Positions 36,558 through 49,834 of a stretch of 64,000 nucleotides of DNA are shown here, piece by piece. The notes under the pieces were generated by a model. It saw only the letters and a list, made by a program, of their open reading frames with translations, was not told where the DNA came from and searched no databases. How positions within the stretch are numbered: the first letter of the stretch is position 1; every line of letters begins with the position of its first letter. The stretch lies in contig NC_086098.1 in the NCBI RefSeq assembly GCF_963921235.1, positions 5,828,001-5,892,000 of the forward strand. The letters are read 5' to 3'. The translations under genes were made by a program, and so were the position numbers. The stretch is from Mobula hypostoma (Eukaryota).

Positions 36558-37985
36558 GGGTTGTGGATGTTGTTCCCTTATTCACGAAAGAAAGTCGAGA
36601 TAGCCCAGGAAGTGATAGATCAGTGAGTCTTACTTCAGTGGTTGGTAAGTTGATGGAGAAGATCCTGAGAGGCAGAATTTATGAACATTTGGAGACGTAT
36701 AATATGATTAGGAATAGTCAGCATGGCTTTGTCAAGGGCAGGTCATGCCTTACAAGCCTGATTGAATTTTTTGAGGATGTGACTAAACACATTGATGAAG
36801 GTAGAGCAGTAGATGTAGTGTATATGGATTTCAGCAAGGCATTTGATAAGGTACCCCATGCAAGGCTTATTGAGAAAGTAAGGAGGCATGGGATCCAAGG
36901 GGACATTGCTTTGTGGATCCAGAACTGGCTTGCCCACAGAAGGCAAAGAGTGGTTGTAGACGGGTCATATTCTGCATGGAGGTCTGTCACCAGTGGTGTG
37001 TCTCAGAGATCTGTTCTGGGACCCCTACTCTTTGTAATTTTTATAAATGACCTGGATGAAGAAGTGGAGGGATTGGTTAGTAACTTGACTGATGACACAA
37101 AGGTTGGGGGTGTTGTGAATAGTGTGGAAGGCTCTCAGAGGCTACAGCGGGACATTGATAGGATGCCAAAATCGGCTGAGAAGTGGCAGGTGGGGTTCAA
37201 CCCAGAGAAGCGTGAGGTGGTTCATTTTGGTAGGTCAAATATGATGGCAGAATATAGTATTAATGGTAAGACTCTTGGCAGTGTGGAGGATCAGAGGGAT
37301 CATGGGGTCCAAGTCCACAGGACACTCAAGGCTGCTGCGCAGTTGACTCTGTGGTTAAGAAGGCACACGGTGTATTGGCCCTTATCAGTCGTGGGATTGA
37401 ATTTAGGAGCCGAGAGGTAATGTTGCAGCTATATAGGACCCTGGTCAGACCCCACTTGGAGTACTGTGCTCAGTTCTGGTAGCCTCACTACAGGAAGGAT
37501 GTGAAAACCATAGAAAGGGTGCAGAGGAGATTTACAAGGATGTTGCCCGGATTGGGGAGCATTCCTTATGAGAATAGGTTGGGTGAGCTCGGCTTTTCTT
37601 TTCCTTGGATCAATGGAGTTGACCCGATAGATGTGTATAAGATTATGTGAGGCTTCGATCGTGTGGATAGTCAGAGGCTTTTTCCCAGCACTGAAATGGC
37701 TAACATGAGAGGCACAGTTTTAAAGTGCTTGGAAGTAGGTACAGAGGAGATGTCTAGGTTAAGTTTTTTAAGCAGAGAGTGGTGAGTGCATGGAATGGGC
37801 TGCCGGCGACAGTGGTGGAGGCGGATATGATAGGGTCTTCTAAGAGACTCCTGGACTGGTATATGGAATTCAGAAAAATAGAGGGTTATGGTAACCCTGG
37901 GTAATTTCTCAGGTAAGGACATCTTTGGCACAGCTTTGTGGCCCAAAGGGCCTGTATTATGCTGTAGGTTTTCTATGCTTCTATA
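36558..37985 (+). mobile_element. Nested CR1 RT fragment
   Basis: ORF 36563-37420 (YMDFSKAFDKVPH...SVLGPLLF...DDTKVGG). Tail at about 37970-37985. Confidence 0.9.
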
Positions 37986-40900
37986 TAACGTAATGAACCT
38001 GAAGTGATAAGGGAACTTTAAGGTACAAGAACCCTCAGGATGGAATGATGGAATAGATGGCTTTCTTGCCAAGTTTGCAGATGATATGAAGATTGGTGTC
38101 GGGGCAGGTAGTGTTGAGGAAACAGGTAGGATGGAGAAGGACTAAGACAGGTTTGGAGAATGGGAAAGAGAGTGGCAAATGAAATACAATGTTGGAAAAT
38201 GCAAGTTCATGCACTTTGGTAGTAGAGATAAATGTGTGGACTATTTTCTAAACTGGGAGAAAATCCAAAAATCGGAGATGCAAAGGGACTTGGGAGCCCT
38301 TGTGCAGAACACCCTGAAGGTTAACTTCCAGGTGTAGTCAGTGGTGAGGAAGGCAAATGCAATGTTAGCATTCATTTCAAGAGGACTGGAATACAAGATC
38401 AGGGATGTGATGCTGAGGCTTTATAAAACACTGGTGAGGCCTCACCTTGAGTATTGTGAACAGTTTTGGGCTCCTCAACTGAGAAAAGATGTGCTGGCAT
38501 TGGAGAGAGTTCAGGGGAGGTTCACAAGGATGTTTCTGAGAATGAAAGGGGTATCACACGAGGAACGTTTGATAGCTCTGGGTCTGTACTCGCCGGAATT
38601 TAGAAGTATGAGGAGGGGATCTCAGTGAAACCTTTCGAATGTTGAAAGGACTAGACAGAATAGATGTGGAAAGGATGTTTCCCATGGTGGGGGGAGTCTA
38701 GGACAAGAGGGCACAGCCTCAGGATAGAGGTGCATCTTTTAGAAAGGAGGTGTGGAGAAATTTCTTTAGTTAGAGGATGGTGAATTTTGGAATTTATTAC
38801 CGCAGACAGCTGTGGAGACTAGGTCTTTGGGTCTATTTAATGCAGAGCTTGATCTGTTCTTAATTGGACCTGGCACCAAAGGTTACAGGGCGAAGATCGG
38901 GGAACAGGGTGGAGGAAGGGGAAAATGATCAAAAATGACTGAATAGCAGAGCAGGCTCGACGGGCCAAATGGCCTATTTCTGCTCCTACATCTTACTGCC
39001 TTCTGGTCTTTGTCCATTCAGAAATCAGTTGGCAGAGCGGAAGAAGCTGTACCTGAATCCTTGAGTATGTGACTTCAGGTTCCTGTACCTCTTTCCTGAT
39101 GGCGGCAATGAGAAGAGGGCATGACCTGGAATGTCCTTAGTGATGGGGAACCCTAATGGTGGATCCTTCCTTTTTGAGACATCCCTCCTTGAAGATGTCC
39201 TGGATGCTGGGAAGGCTCATGCCTATAATGGAGATGACTGAGTTTCCAACAGTCTGCCCCTGACGGATACAAGTGGACAACTTCACTTACTCCAACACTG
39301 AACTGATCACATGACCTATGGGCGCAGTCCCAGGGGCTCTGCAGCTCATGTTCTCAATATTTATTATTTATTTATTGTTATTTTTTTCTTTGTGTATTTG
39401 CACAGTGGTTGTCCATTTTTGTTCGTGTGCGGTCTTTCATCGATTTGTTTGTGTTTCTTTGTATTTACTGTGAAAGTCTACAAGAAAATTAATCTCAGGG
39501 TTGTATATGGTCATAGAAAAATGCAGCAGAGAAACAGGCCCATCTTGTCAATGCTGAACCATTTATCCTGCTTTCTCCCAATGACCTGCACCGTGATCAT
39601 ACCCTTAACATTCGTGTACCTATCCAAACTTTGAAACAGAACTTGCATGCTCCACATTGCGCTGGAAGCTCATTCTGCACTCTTATGACCCTCTGAGTGA
39701 AGAAGTTTTCTCTCATGTTCCCCTTAAACTTTTCACCTTTCACCATTAACCTATGACCTCTGATTGTAGACGGACCCAACCTCAGTGGAAAAAGCCTACT
39801 TGAATTTTCCCTGTAACCCTCATCATTTTGTACTGAATAGTTCTATATTTATTTACGATGATGTACCTACATGGACATATAAGTACTTTGATAATAAATT
39901 TACTTTGAACTTTGAACAGGAACAGGTGGGGTATGGAGACACACAGACCATGATAGACAGATGGGGTTAGCTGTGATTGGCATCGTGCTTGGCACAAACC
40001 TGTTCTATGTTCTATGCTCTTTCCAAGGTAACGAAATATCCGGCTTCAACCAATCACGATCATCTTGCTGTGTGGGCCAAATACATGGAGAGCTTTCTCT
40101 GGATCTCCACATTGTTTAGTCAGCACATATCAAAAGCTGTAAATCTTACCTCGGTGTCTGAAATTTCCAGATGATAACATTCCAAAGTATTTGGGAATAT
40201 TTTGAAATATTTTGACTTATTTCTTTAACCTTATGCTGTTTAGTCAATGAAATGTGAGGTAGTGAGTCCTGTGTTTACTGCTAAACTATATCCACAGTGA
40301 GTCCCTAAGGTTGTTATAGCTGGGAGTGGTAGTGGGGATAAGCTCCCACCACCTATTAAATGCTCCCGGTGATATACACCTCAGATAACCTCTGACAACC
40401 AAGACCAGCTCCTGGCTTAGCTACCAACAGAAGAAGGGGCAAAAACAGGTTACTGGTGCTTTGAAACAAGTCACATGGGGCTTGTCAGCCATGGTTGGCA
40501 TCTCATCCAGGAGAAAGACAACTCTGATCTCAAACCTCCACTGCCTTGCAGCTATATGGTCTCATGGGGAAGGCTTCAGGAGTAAAACTTGAGGAAAAAT
40601 CCAGAACTGGAGTCCCTGAGGTAGTCCTACATTGAGTTCAACACTGACTTTCAACTCCTGCAACACCAACACTATCGGTCTCTGCCGTTCTTTTGGGTTG
40701 ATGAGATGTGTGGAGAGGGGGAGCCTGCTACATGGGCTACAGCTTGCTCTCCATTTCATACTGCCCTGGCGTGCATATCTAGACAGCTGGGATGCAATAT
40801 CCATGATTGACCCCGACCGACAGAGGCCTCAGATAACCACAGTACTGTGGCTTACATTTGGAATTAGAATTTTTATTAGATTTACATTTCCTATTAAGGG

Positions 40901-41368
40901 AATTAAAGTATATTTTAGAATATTGTGGCACTCCGGGGGTGGTGGGGGGGGGGGGCATGGTCAATGGCTCACCCCAGCATTCCTAATGACCAGAGCTATT
41001 TATTGTTCTTGTGTTAAAATGCTTTCTTGGAATTATGGTGGGATGTTCAAGTTCACTTATTGTTACATTTTAGCTTGGGTTATACAGTTATTCACATGTG
41101 TGTTTGTGGGTCACCCAGACTGTAACCGGGGTGTGTAATAATCACCTCCCCCACCTGTATGTGACAGAGTGGGTTCTCTCCTCGGGTAATGGCGTCCAGT
41201 CTGTTTTTGCTTACCGCAATGAAACTGGCAGTCGAGCTAAACGAGCTTCTCTCATCTGTCATCATGGGCCAAATGCGCACCACAATATATTAGCAATGCT
41301 ATTGTTTAATAATTTCATATGTTTTTCCACGTGCCTTCTTCAGCCTGCAAACTGTTATCAAGCAAAGG

Positions 41369-41690
41369 GTGGCACGCTAGCATTGTGTTTAACACAATGC
41401 TTTACCGCACCAGTGATCACCGATCGAGGGTCATTTCCCTTCGCTGCCTGATGTATGTTCTCCCCATGGCTGCATGGGTTTCCTCTGAGTGCTCTGGATT
41501 CCTGCCACATTCTTGTTAGGGTTAGGGTTAATGAGTTGTAGGCCTACTACGTTGGTGCCGGAAGAGTGGGGACACTTGCAGGCTGCCCCAAATCAATCCT
41601 TTGACTGTGTTGGTCGCAGGCACAAAGCCACACATTTCACTGTATGTATCGACGTACATGTGACAAATAAAGCTGATCTTTAAAATCTTT
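41369..41690 (+). mobile_element. V-SINE-like SINE
   Basis: tRNA-like head, then gggtttcctctgagtgctctggattcctgccaca. Confidence 0.7.
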
Positions 41691-42082
41691 CAAAGTACAA
41701 AGGTTAGATGAAAAATCTCAACACCAACTGCTGCATGTAGCTACAGACAGCTGTGGACGCCAAGTCATTGAGTACAATTAAAGCAGAGGTTGACAGGTTC
41801 TTGATTAGAAGGGATGTCAAAGGTTACAGAGAGGTCAGGAGAATGGGTTTGAGAGGGATAATAAATCAGCAGTGATGGAATAATGGAGCAGTCTCGATGA
41901 GCCAAATAGCTTAATTTTGTTTCTTTGTCTTTTGGACTTATGGTCTAAATGTATTTGGTCAGGAATCTGTAACTTTTTATGACTCATGATCATTCATATC
42001 TTTACCGTATCAGCAACTAATCCAGTCAAGGTGCACATATTGACATTTCACTATAAGCAATTCTTTTCGACAAAGTTTGAAT

Positions 42083-43548
42083 GGCAGGGTAGAGATGCAT
42101 CTCTACCAGAGGAGGTGTAAGGTGCTCCTTCCCTCCACTAGTCTGCAGGTCACCCTTGGGCAAGCTGTAGCACCTCCTTAGCCCCTCGATCAGGGTCACG
42201 TGAACCCATGGGAGCAGGTGGTGGATGGTTGTGTGAGCAGCTGGTGCACATCACAACTCCTGGTCATGTGACCACTGATGCCAGGCAGACAATCTCTGAA
42301 GAGTTTTGATAATGGCTCAATGGAAGAAGCCAAAGAGTGGTGGTAGAGAATTGCTTCTCTGAGTGGAGGCCTGTGACTAGTGGTGTGCCACAGGGATCAG
42401 TGCTGGGTCCATTGTTATTTGTCATCTATATCAATGATCTGGATGATAATGTGGTAAATTGGATCAGCAAATTTGCTGATGATACAAAGATTGGAGGTGT
42501 AATAGACAGTGAGGAAGGTTTTCAGAGCCTGCAGAGGAACTTGGACCAGCTGGAAAAATGGGCTGAAAAATGGCAAATGGAGTTTAATACAGACAAGTGT
42601 GAGGTATTGCACGTTGGAAGGACAAACCAAGGTAGAACATACAGGGTTAATGGTAAGGCACTGAGGAGTGCAGTAGAACAGAGGGATCTGGGAATAGAGA
42701 TACAAAATTCCCTAAAAGTGGCGTCACAAGTAGATAGGGTCGTAAAGAGAGCTTTTGGTACATTGGCCTTTATTAATCAAAGTATTGAGTATAAGAGCTG
42801 GAATGTTATGATGAGGTTGTATAAGGCATTGGCGAGGCCGAATCTGGAGTATTGTGTTCACTTTTGGTCACCAAATTACAGTAAGAATATAAATAAGGTT
42901 GAAAGAGTGCAGAGAAGGTTTACAAGGATGTTGCCGGGACTTGAGAAACTGAGTTACAGAGAAAGGTTGAACAGGTTAGGACTTTATTCCCTGGAGCATA
43001 GAAGAATGAGAGGAGATTTGATAGAGGTATATAAAATTATGATGGGTATAGATAGAGTGAATGCAAGCAGGCTTTTTCCACTGAGGCAAGGGGAGAAAAA
43101 AACCAGAGGACATGGGTTAAGGGTGAGGGGGGAAAAGTTTAAAGGGAATATTACAGGGGGGGGGCTTCTTCACACAGAGAGTGGTGGGAGTATGGAATGA
43201 GCTGCCAGACGAGGTGGTAAATGCGGGTTCTTTTTTTAACATTTAAGAATAAATTGGACAGATACATGGATGGGAGGTGTATGGAGGGATATGGTCCGTG
43301 TGCAGGTCAGTGGGACTAGGCAGAAAATGGTTCGGCACAGCCAAGAAGGGCCAAAAGGCCTGTTTCTGTGCTGTAGTTTCTATGGTTTCTATGGTAATGG
43401 CTGGGATCACCCGTCTTGTAAAGACACTACCCAGAAGAAGGCAATAGCGAGCCACCTGTGTAGAAAAATTAACCAAGAACAATAACGGTCATGGAAACGC
43501 TATAATCGCCCACATCATACAACATGGCACATTATGAATGAATGAATG
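42083..43548 (+). mobile_element. Short interspersed element with an RTE/BovB-like 3' end, split by a CR1
   Basis: An uninterrupted reverse copy lies at 60920-61280. Has an agaaggcaat(g)gc..accac 3' motif and an (ATGA)n tail. Confidence 0.7.
42318..43394 (+). mobile_element. Young 5'-truncated CR1 with 8-bp TSD
   Basis: ORF 42337-43200 ([10 protein letters not shown]...KFADDTK). TSD TAATGGCT at 42310-42317 and 43395-43402. Confidence 0.93.
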
Positions 43549-44479
43549 TCAGAGTGACTGTAGTATCCAATAACTGACCCCATCTCCTCTGAGATTCATC
43601 CATGTAGACGCCTGATTATAGCTTATAGGTTATAGCTCTGACTTAGCTTTATAGTCAAAGCCGTGGCCCTCACACTTACAGTGTATGAAAGGTGCTTTAA
43701 CAGAAGGATTCTCAATCCATGGAACAGATTTACACAGGAGAACTGAGTTTAACTCATCAACCACTGGATTCTGGAGACAGTGCAACTCAGAACACCAAAA
43801 CCATCTGCAGAAGACTATTTCCAGATGAGGTAGTCCTCCCCACCACTGACCACATCTCCATGGAGCATTGTCACAAGAAAGCAGAATCCACCATCAAGGA
43901 TCTCCTCATCCAGGCCATGCTCACGTCTTGCTGTTGCCACTAGGCCCCATACCATCAGGTTCAGGAACTGTATTACCCCTCAACCATCAGGCTCCCAAAC
44001 CTGCATGGATAACTTCACGCACCTCATCTCTGAACTATTCCACAACCTATTGACTCACTTTCAAGAACCTACAACATATGTTCTCAATATTGATCTATCA
44101 ACTTATCTATTTATTTATTCCTTTTTTTGGAGTTTGCAGTTTGTCTTCTTTCGCATTCTAGTTGGTTGCAGACTTTGTTTGTATGTAATTCTTTCATTGA
44201 TTCTGTTGCATTTCTTTGTTCTGCTGTGAATACCCAGAAGAAAACAAATCTCAGGGTCATACTGGTGATACATACTTTGAAAATAAATTTGGTTTGAATC
44301 TTGAATTTTGAATGTTTAATTGCGGACGACATGCTTTCATCCTGCAATGATCAAAAGCGAAGAGTTAAATGCTGTTGTTATCAGGGTGAAGCAGGGTGAA
44401 GGATTTATATTGGAGTATAGTAGCTTGCAGAAAATATGTGCAGTACAGGCCCTTTGGCCCACAACATATTGCCAACCCA

Positions 44480-44932
44480 TATAGTACTGTGCAAAAAACT
44501 TAGATATATATATATATAGTTAAGGTGTCTAAGACTCTCACACAGTACTGTAGTAATTTTATGATTTGCATTGTACTGCAGCCATAAAAAAAGCAAATTT
44601 CATGATTGGTAAAAGGGGAAGGGAGAGGACAGGGAGTAAGAAGCATCAGAAAGACATTCTGTAATAATCAATAAACCAATTAGAATCAAGTGACCTTGCC
44701 TGAATTAGCACCCACGCCACCCCTGACCTGGCATTCCTTCTCTGTCACTTGTCCCCGTCACCCGTCGTGTGGTACTCCACCTTCACCGTTCCCAACGTCA
44801 TTTGCTCCTACCAGATTTACAAACTCGCTCTCTGCTCCATATTGACAAATATAGTACTGCTCAAAAGTCTTAGGCACCCTAGCTATATATATGTGACTCG
44901 GAGTAGGCGTATACAGTACTGTGCAAAAGTCT
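44480..44932. mobile_element. Tc1-type MITE with repeated TA-CAGTACTGTGCAAAAGTCTTAGGCAC TIR units
   Basis: TIR-like units at about 44480, 44525-44552 (inverted), 44850 and 44911. Confidence 0.6.
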
Positions 44933-44987
44933 GATCAATCTCAAACACGAGAAAATCTACAGCAACACACAAAATGCAGGAGGAACT

Positions 44988-45020
44988 CTGATGAAGGGTC
45001 TCAGCCCGAAACATCACCAG
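44988..45020 (+). ncRNA. Hammerhead ribozyme core motif in a mini fold-back PLE derivative
   Basis: CTGATGA-AGGGTCTCAGCCC-GAAAC is intact. The 5' stem I strand has been lost. Confidence 0.6.
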
Positions 45021-45559
45021 TTACTCCTTTCCATAGATCTGCCTGGTCCGCTGTTTCTCCAGCAGTTTGTGTGTATTCCATGATCAATCTAAAGCTTCCT
45101 TCCTACGCAGCCCATAACCCTCCAGTTTCCTTTCATCCACGTGCCAATCTAAGAATCCCTTAAATGTCCCTAACGTATCTGCCTCTCCCACCAGCCCGGC
45201 AGTGAATTCCAGGCACCCACCAATCTCTGTGAAAAAAAAAACTAACCTTGACATCTCTCCTAAATTTTCCTCTATTCACCTTAAAATAATGTCTGGTATT
45301 GGCCAATTGCTGTCCTGGGAAAAAGGTGCTCGTTGTCCACTCCATATATTCATCTCAAAATCTTATGCACCTCCATCAAGTCACCGCTCAAACTTCTTCG
45401 CTCCAAAGAAAAAAGAAACAGAATCAAATTTAATGTCACCACAAATATTGTGAAATTTGTTAACTTTATGGCAGTAATATAATGAAATACATGATAAATA
45501 AACACAGAGTTACATTAAGTATGTATTTCTTTGTAGCTACATATATATAAGAGAATTGG

Positions 45560-46412
45560 CTGATTGGTAACCAATATTCTCACAGTGACTGGAAATGAAA
45601 GGATCCTTGTCTGGTTGGCTGTCAGTGACTAGTGGTGTTCCACAGGGGTCGGTGTTGGGACCACTTCTTTTTATGCTGCATGTCAATGATTTAGATGATA
45701 GAATAGATGGCTTTGTTGCCAAGTTTGCAGATGATATGAAGATTGGTGGAAGGGCAGGTAGTGTTGAGGAAACAGGTAGGCAGACAAGAGGTCTAGAATA
45801 CAAGAGCAGAGATGTGACGTGGAGGCTTTATAGGGCACTGGTGAGGCCTCACCTTGAATATTGTGAACAGTTTTGGGCTGCTTATCGCAGAAAAGATGTG
45901 CTGGTTTTGGAGAGGGTTCAGAGGGGGTTCACAAGGATGATTCCGGGAATGAAAGGTTTATCATATGAGGAACGTTTGATAGGTCCAGGTCTGTACTTGC
46001 TGGAAATTTGAACAATGACAAGAACCTCATTGAAACCTTTCGAATGTTGAAAGTCCTAGACAGAGTAAATGTGGAAAGTCTGTTTCCCATGGTGGGGGAG
46101 TCTAGGACAAGAGGGCACAGCCTCAGGATGGAGGGGTGTCCATTTAAAACAGAGATACAAAGAACTTTCATTAGCCAGAGGGTGGTGAATTTGTGGGATT
46201 TGTTATCATAGGCATCAGTGGAGGCCAGGTCACTGGGTGTATTTAAGATAGAGATTGATAGGTTCTTGATTGGCCATGGCATCAAAGATTACCGGGAGAA
46301 GGCCAGGGATTGGGGCTGAGGACAGGAAAAAAGGATCAGCCATGATTGGATGGCAGAACAGACTCAATAGGCTAAATGGCCTATTTCTGCTCCTATGTCA
46401 TATATTCTTACA
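45560..46412 (+). mobile_element. CR1 RT and 3' fragment (internally deleted)
   Basis: ORF 45595-46011 ([14 protein letters not shown]...KFADDMK) and ORF 46008-46211. Confidence 0.88.
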
Positions 46413-47780
46413 TGTCTATTAAATAGTTAAATTATAAAAAGTAGTGCAAAATAACAGAAGTAAAAATATAGTGAGGTGATTTTCATGGGTTCACTGCCTA
46501 ATTAGCAATCGGAAGGCAGTGGGGAAGAGGCTGTTCCTGAATCGCTGAACGTGTGTCTTTGGGCTTCTGTACCTCCTTCCCGATGGTAACAGTGAGAAGA
46601 GAGCATGTCCTGGGTGGTTAGGATCTTTAATGATGGACGCTACCTTCCTAAGGCACCACTTTTTGAAGATGTCTTGGTTACTATGGAGGCTAGTACCCAT
46701 GATAGAACTAACTAATTTTAAATGTTTCTGCAACTTATTTTGATCTTGTACAGTAGCCTCCCTCACCTATACCAGGCAGTTGTGAAGCCAGTCAGAAAGC
46801 TCTGCGTGGTACATCTGTTGAAGTTTTCAAGTGTCTTAGTTGACAAACCAAATCTCCTCAAGCTACTAATGAAATATAGCTGTTGTCTTGCCTTGTAGTG
46901 GACACCACTCCACTAACTGGTATATCTCTCTCTTGTACGCCCTTTCGCCACCATCTGAAATACTGCCAATAATGGTCGTATCATCAGCAAATTTATTGAT
47001 GCTGTTTGAGCTATGCCTAGCCACACAGTCATGGGTAGAGAGAGAGGAGAGCAGTGGGGAGTGGAGAGTAGAGAGAAGACCTAGCTCTCTTAGCCGTTAC
47101 TCACAAGTCAAAATTCAAAGTGAATTTATTATCAAAGTACACATTCATCACCATACACAACCCTGAGATTCATTTTCTTGTGGGAAGCTATAAAATCTAT
47201 AATAAATCTATAAAATAATAACTATAACAGAATCAATGAAAGATCACCCAACTAGGGTATTCAACCAGAGTGCAGAAGACAACGAACTGTACAAATAGAA
47301 AAAGAAATAATAATAATAATAATAATTAATAATAAATAAGCAATAAACATCAAGAACAGGAGATGAAGAGTCCTCGAAAGTGAGTTCATAGGTTGTGGGA
47401 ACTTTTCAGTGATGAGGGTAAGTGAAGTTGAATGAAGCTATCTCCTTTGGTTCAAGAGCCCGATGGTTGATAGCTGATAACTGTTCCTGAACCTGGTGGT
47501 GTGAGTTCTGAGGCTCCTGCACCTTCTTCCAGATGACAGCAGGGAGAAAAAGAGCATGTCCCGGGTGCTGGGAGTCCTTGATGATAGATGCTGCTTATCT
47601 GCAACAGCATTTCAGATGGATGTGTTTAATGGTTGGGAGGGTTTACCCATGATGGACTGAGCCGAATCCACTACATTTTGTAGAATTTTCTGTTCAAGGA
47701 CATTGGTGTCTCCATACCAGGCTGCGATGCAACCAGTCAATATACTCTCCACCACACATCCATAGAAGTTTGTCAAAGCT
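46413..47780 (-). mobile_element. Rex1/Babar-like LINE 3' fragments (two)
   Basis: ORF 46491-46766. Reverse complement of KFADDTT at about 46975-46995. Second copy at 47105-47780. Confidence 0.75.
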
Positions 47781-49002
47781 CTCTCATCCTGTCAGCATTT
47801 TCTCTTTATGTTGATAGAGATGTTAAAGACATGATCATTCTCTATGACTCCAGAGAAAAAAAAGGCCCTAGCTTGCTCAGTATTTCCTCATAAGACATCT
47901 GTTTATTAAGCCAATGGGGATATAGCTGGAAGTGTATGGAACAAGGCTGTGAGGTACATTTTTACATCTGGCTACAAGTAATAAATATGTCAAGGTCTGT
48001 ACCTATCACTTTGATGTGTAAACTCTGTTTCCGTAATCACTGATACTGATGCCATTCACTGTTCTTATTTCCAGGAATTGTCCTAATTACTATCAGCAAC
48101 ACAGCTTAGGTTCTTTTACAAAGCCACAGAGGGGCATAAGTGGTGGGGAATCTCATAATTGCTGGGCTCGAGTGTAGAAATGTTGTTTTCCTTGTAAATT
48201 ATCTTTCCTATGCTTGCTTGAATTTTTATATGATTCCTGAAATACATAGAAACATAGAAAATAGGTGCAGGAGTAGGCCATTCGGCCCTTCGAGCCTACA
48301 CCGCCATTTATTATGATCATGGCTGATCATCCAACTCAGAACCCCGCCCCAGCCTTCCCTCCATACCCCCTGATCCCCGTAGCCACAAGGGCGATATCTA
48401 ACTCCCTCTTAAATATAGCCAATGAATATTCCATCAATTATGATGCACTTGTTTCTGTATTTTTCTAGAAGTTTCTTAGCTTTCTGTAGCAGGTGTCGTG
48501 TCACTTGAATTTGGCTATTTGATAGGCTAATTGTTATATAGGGATCTTGGTTATTTCTAGTCTGAGTATGATCTCACCATGGCTGCTTTTCACTTTGTCT
48601 TCCCTATTCTCTCAGCTTGTCTTCCTTTGTTTTGTAACACTTAATAAAATTGCTAGGAATAAGTTTTATGCCTCATTCTTGACTTATGAGAAACATTTGG
48701 ATTGCAAAAGCATCAGGATGCAACACAATGATAGAACATAGATCATAGACGAGTACAGCTCAGGAACAGACTATTTGGCCCACAATATTGTGCCGAATTA
48801 ATTAAATTAGTAATCAAGTGGCCAATTAAACTAATCTCTTCTGCCTACACAATGTCTATGTACTTCCATTATCCTCACATTCATGTGTCTATCGAAACGC
48901 CTCTAATGTTTCTGCCTTTGAAACCGACCTGGCAGCACATTCCAGACATCCACCGCTCTCTTTTACAGTGGAAAAACTTACCCCTCACATTTCCTTTGAA
49001 AT

Positions 49003-49834
49003 TAGACCATAAGACCATAAGACAAAGGAGCAGAAGTTGGCCATTCGGCCCATCGAGTCTGCTCCGCCATTTTATCATGAGCTGATCCATTCTCCCATTT
49101 AGTCCCACTCCCCCGCCTTCTCACCATAACCTTTGATGCCCTGGCTACTCAGGTACCTATCAATCTCTGCCTTAAATACACCCAATGACTTGGCCTCCAC
49201 TGCTACCCGTGGCAACAAATTCCATAGATTCACCACCCTCTGGCTAAAAAAATTTCTTCACATCTCTGTTCTGAATGGGCGCCCTTCAATTCTTAAGTCA
49301 TGCCCTCTCGTACTAGACTCCCCCACCATGGGAAACAATTTTGCCACATCCTCTCTGTCCATGCCTTTCAACATTCGAAATGTTTCTATGAGGTCCCCCT
49401 TCATTCTGCTAAACTCCAAGGAATACAGTCCAAGAGCAGTCAAACGTTCCTCATATGTTAACCCTCTCATTCCCGGAATCATTCTACTGAATCTTCTCTG
49501 AACCCTCTCCAATGTCAGCACATCCTTTCTTATATAAGGAGACCAAAATTGCCCACAGTACTCCAAGTGAGGTCTTACCAGTGCCTTATAGAGCCTCAAC
49601 ATCACATCCCTGCTCCTATACTCTATTCCTCTAGAAATGAATGCTAACATTGCATTCGCCTTCTTCACCAGTGACTCAACCTGGAGGTTAACCTTAAGGG
49701 TATCCTGCATGAGGGCTCCCAAGTCCCATTGCATCTCAGAACTTTGAATTCTCTCCTCATTTAAATAATGGTCTGCCTGTTTCTTTCTTCTGCCAAAGTG
49801 CATAACCATACACTTTCCAACATTGTATTTCATT
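49003..49834 (-). mobile_element. 5'-truncated CR1
   Basis: ORF 49258-49833. (TCTTATGG)n tail. Confidence 0.9.

Larger units (their letters stand above)
35520..39009 (+). mobile_element. CR1 with both ends retained, internally deleted, with two nested CR1s
   Basis: 5' UTR. ORF1 Zn-finger start (MTVVCSSCWMLDSWE, about 35824) and DGLHLN esterase end (about 35966). ORF2 3' part at 37986-39009. Flanking repeat TTGTCCATTC(C/A)GAA at 35506-35519 and 39010-39023. Confidence 0.72.

Noticed and set aside
40295..40830. Probable retroposon UTR-like segment
   Set aside because: It is single-copy in the window with no diagnostic motif or TSD that I can support, so I left it unclassified.
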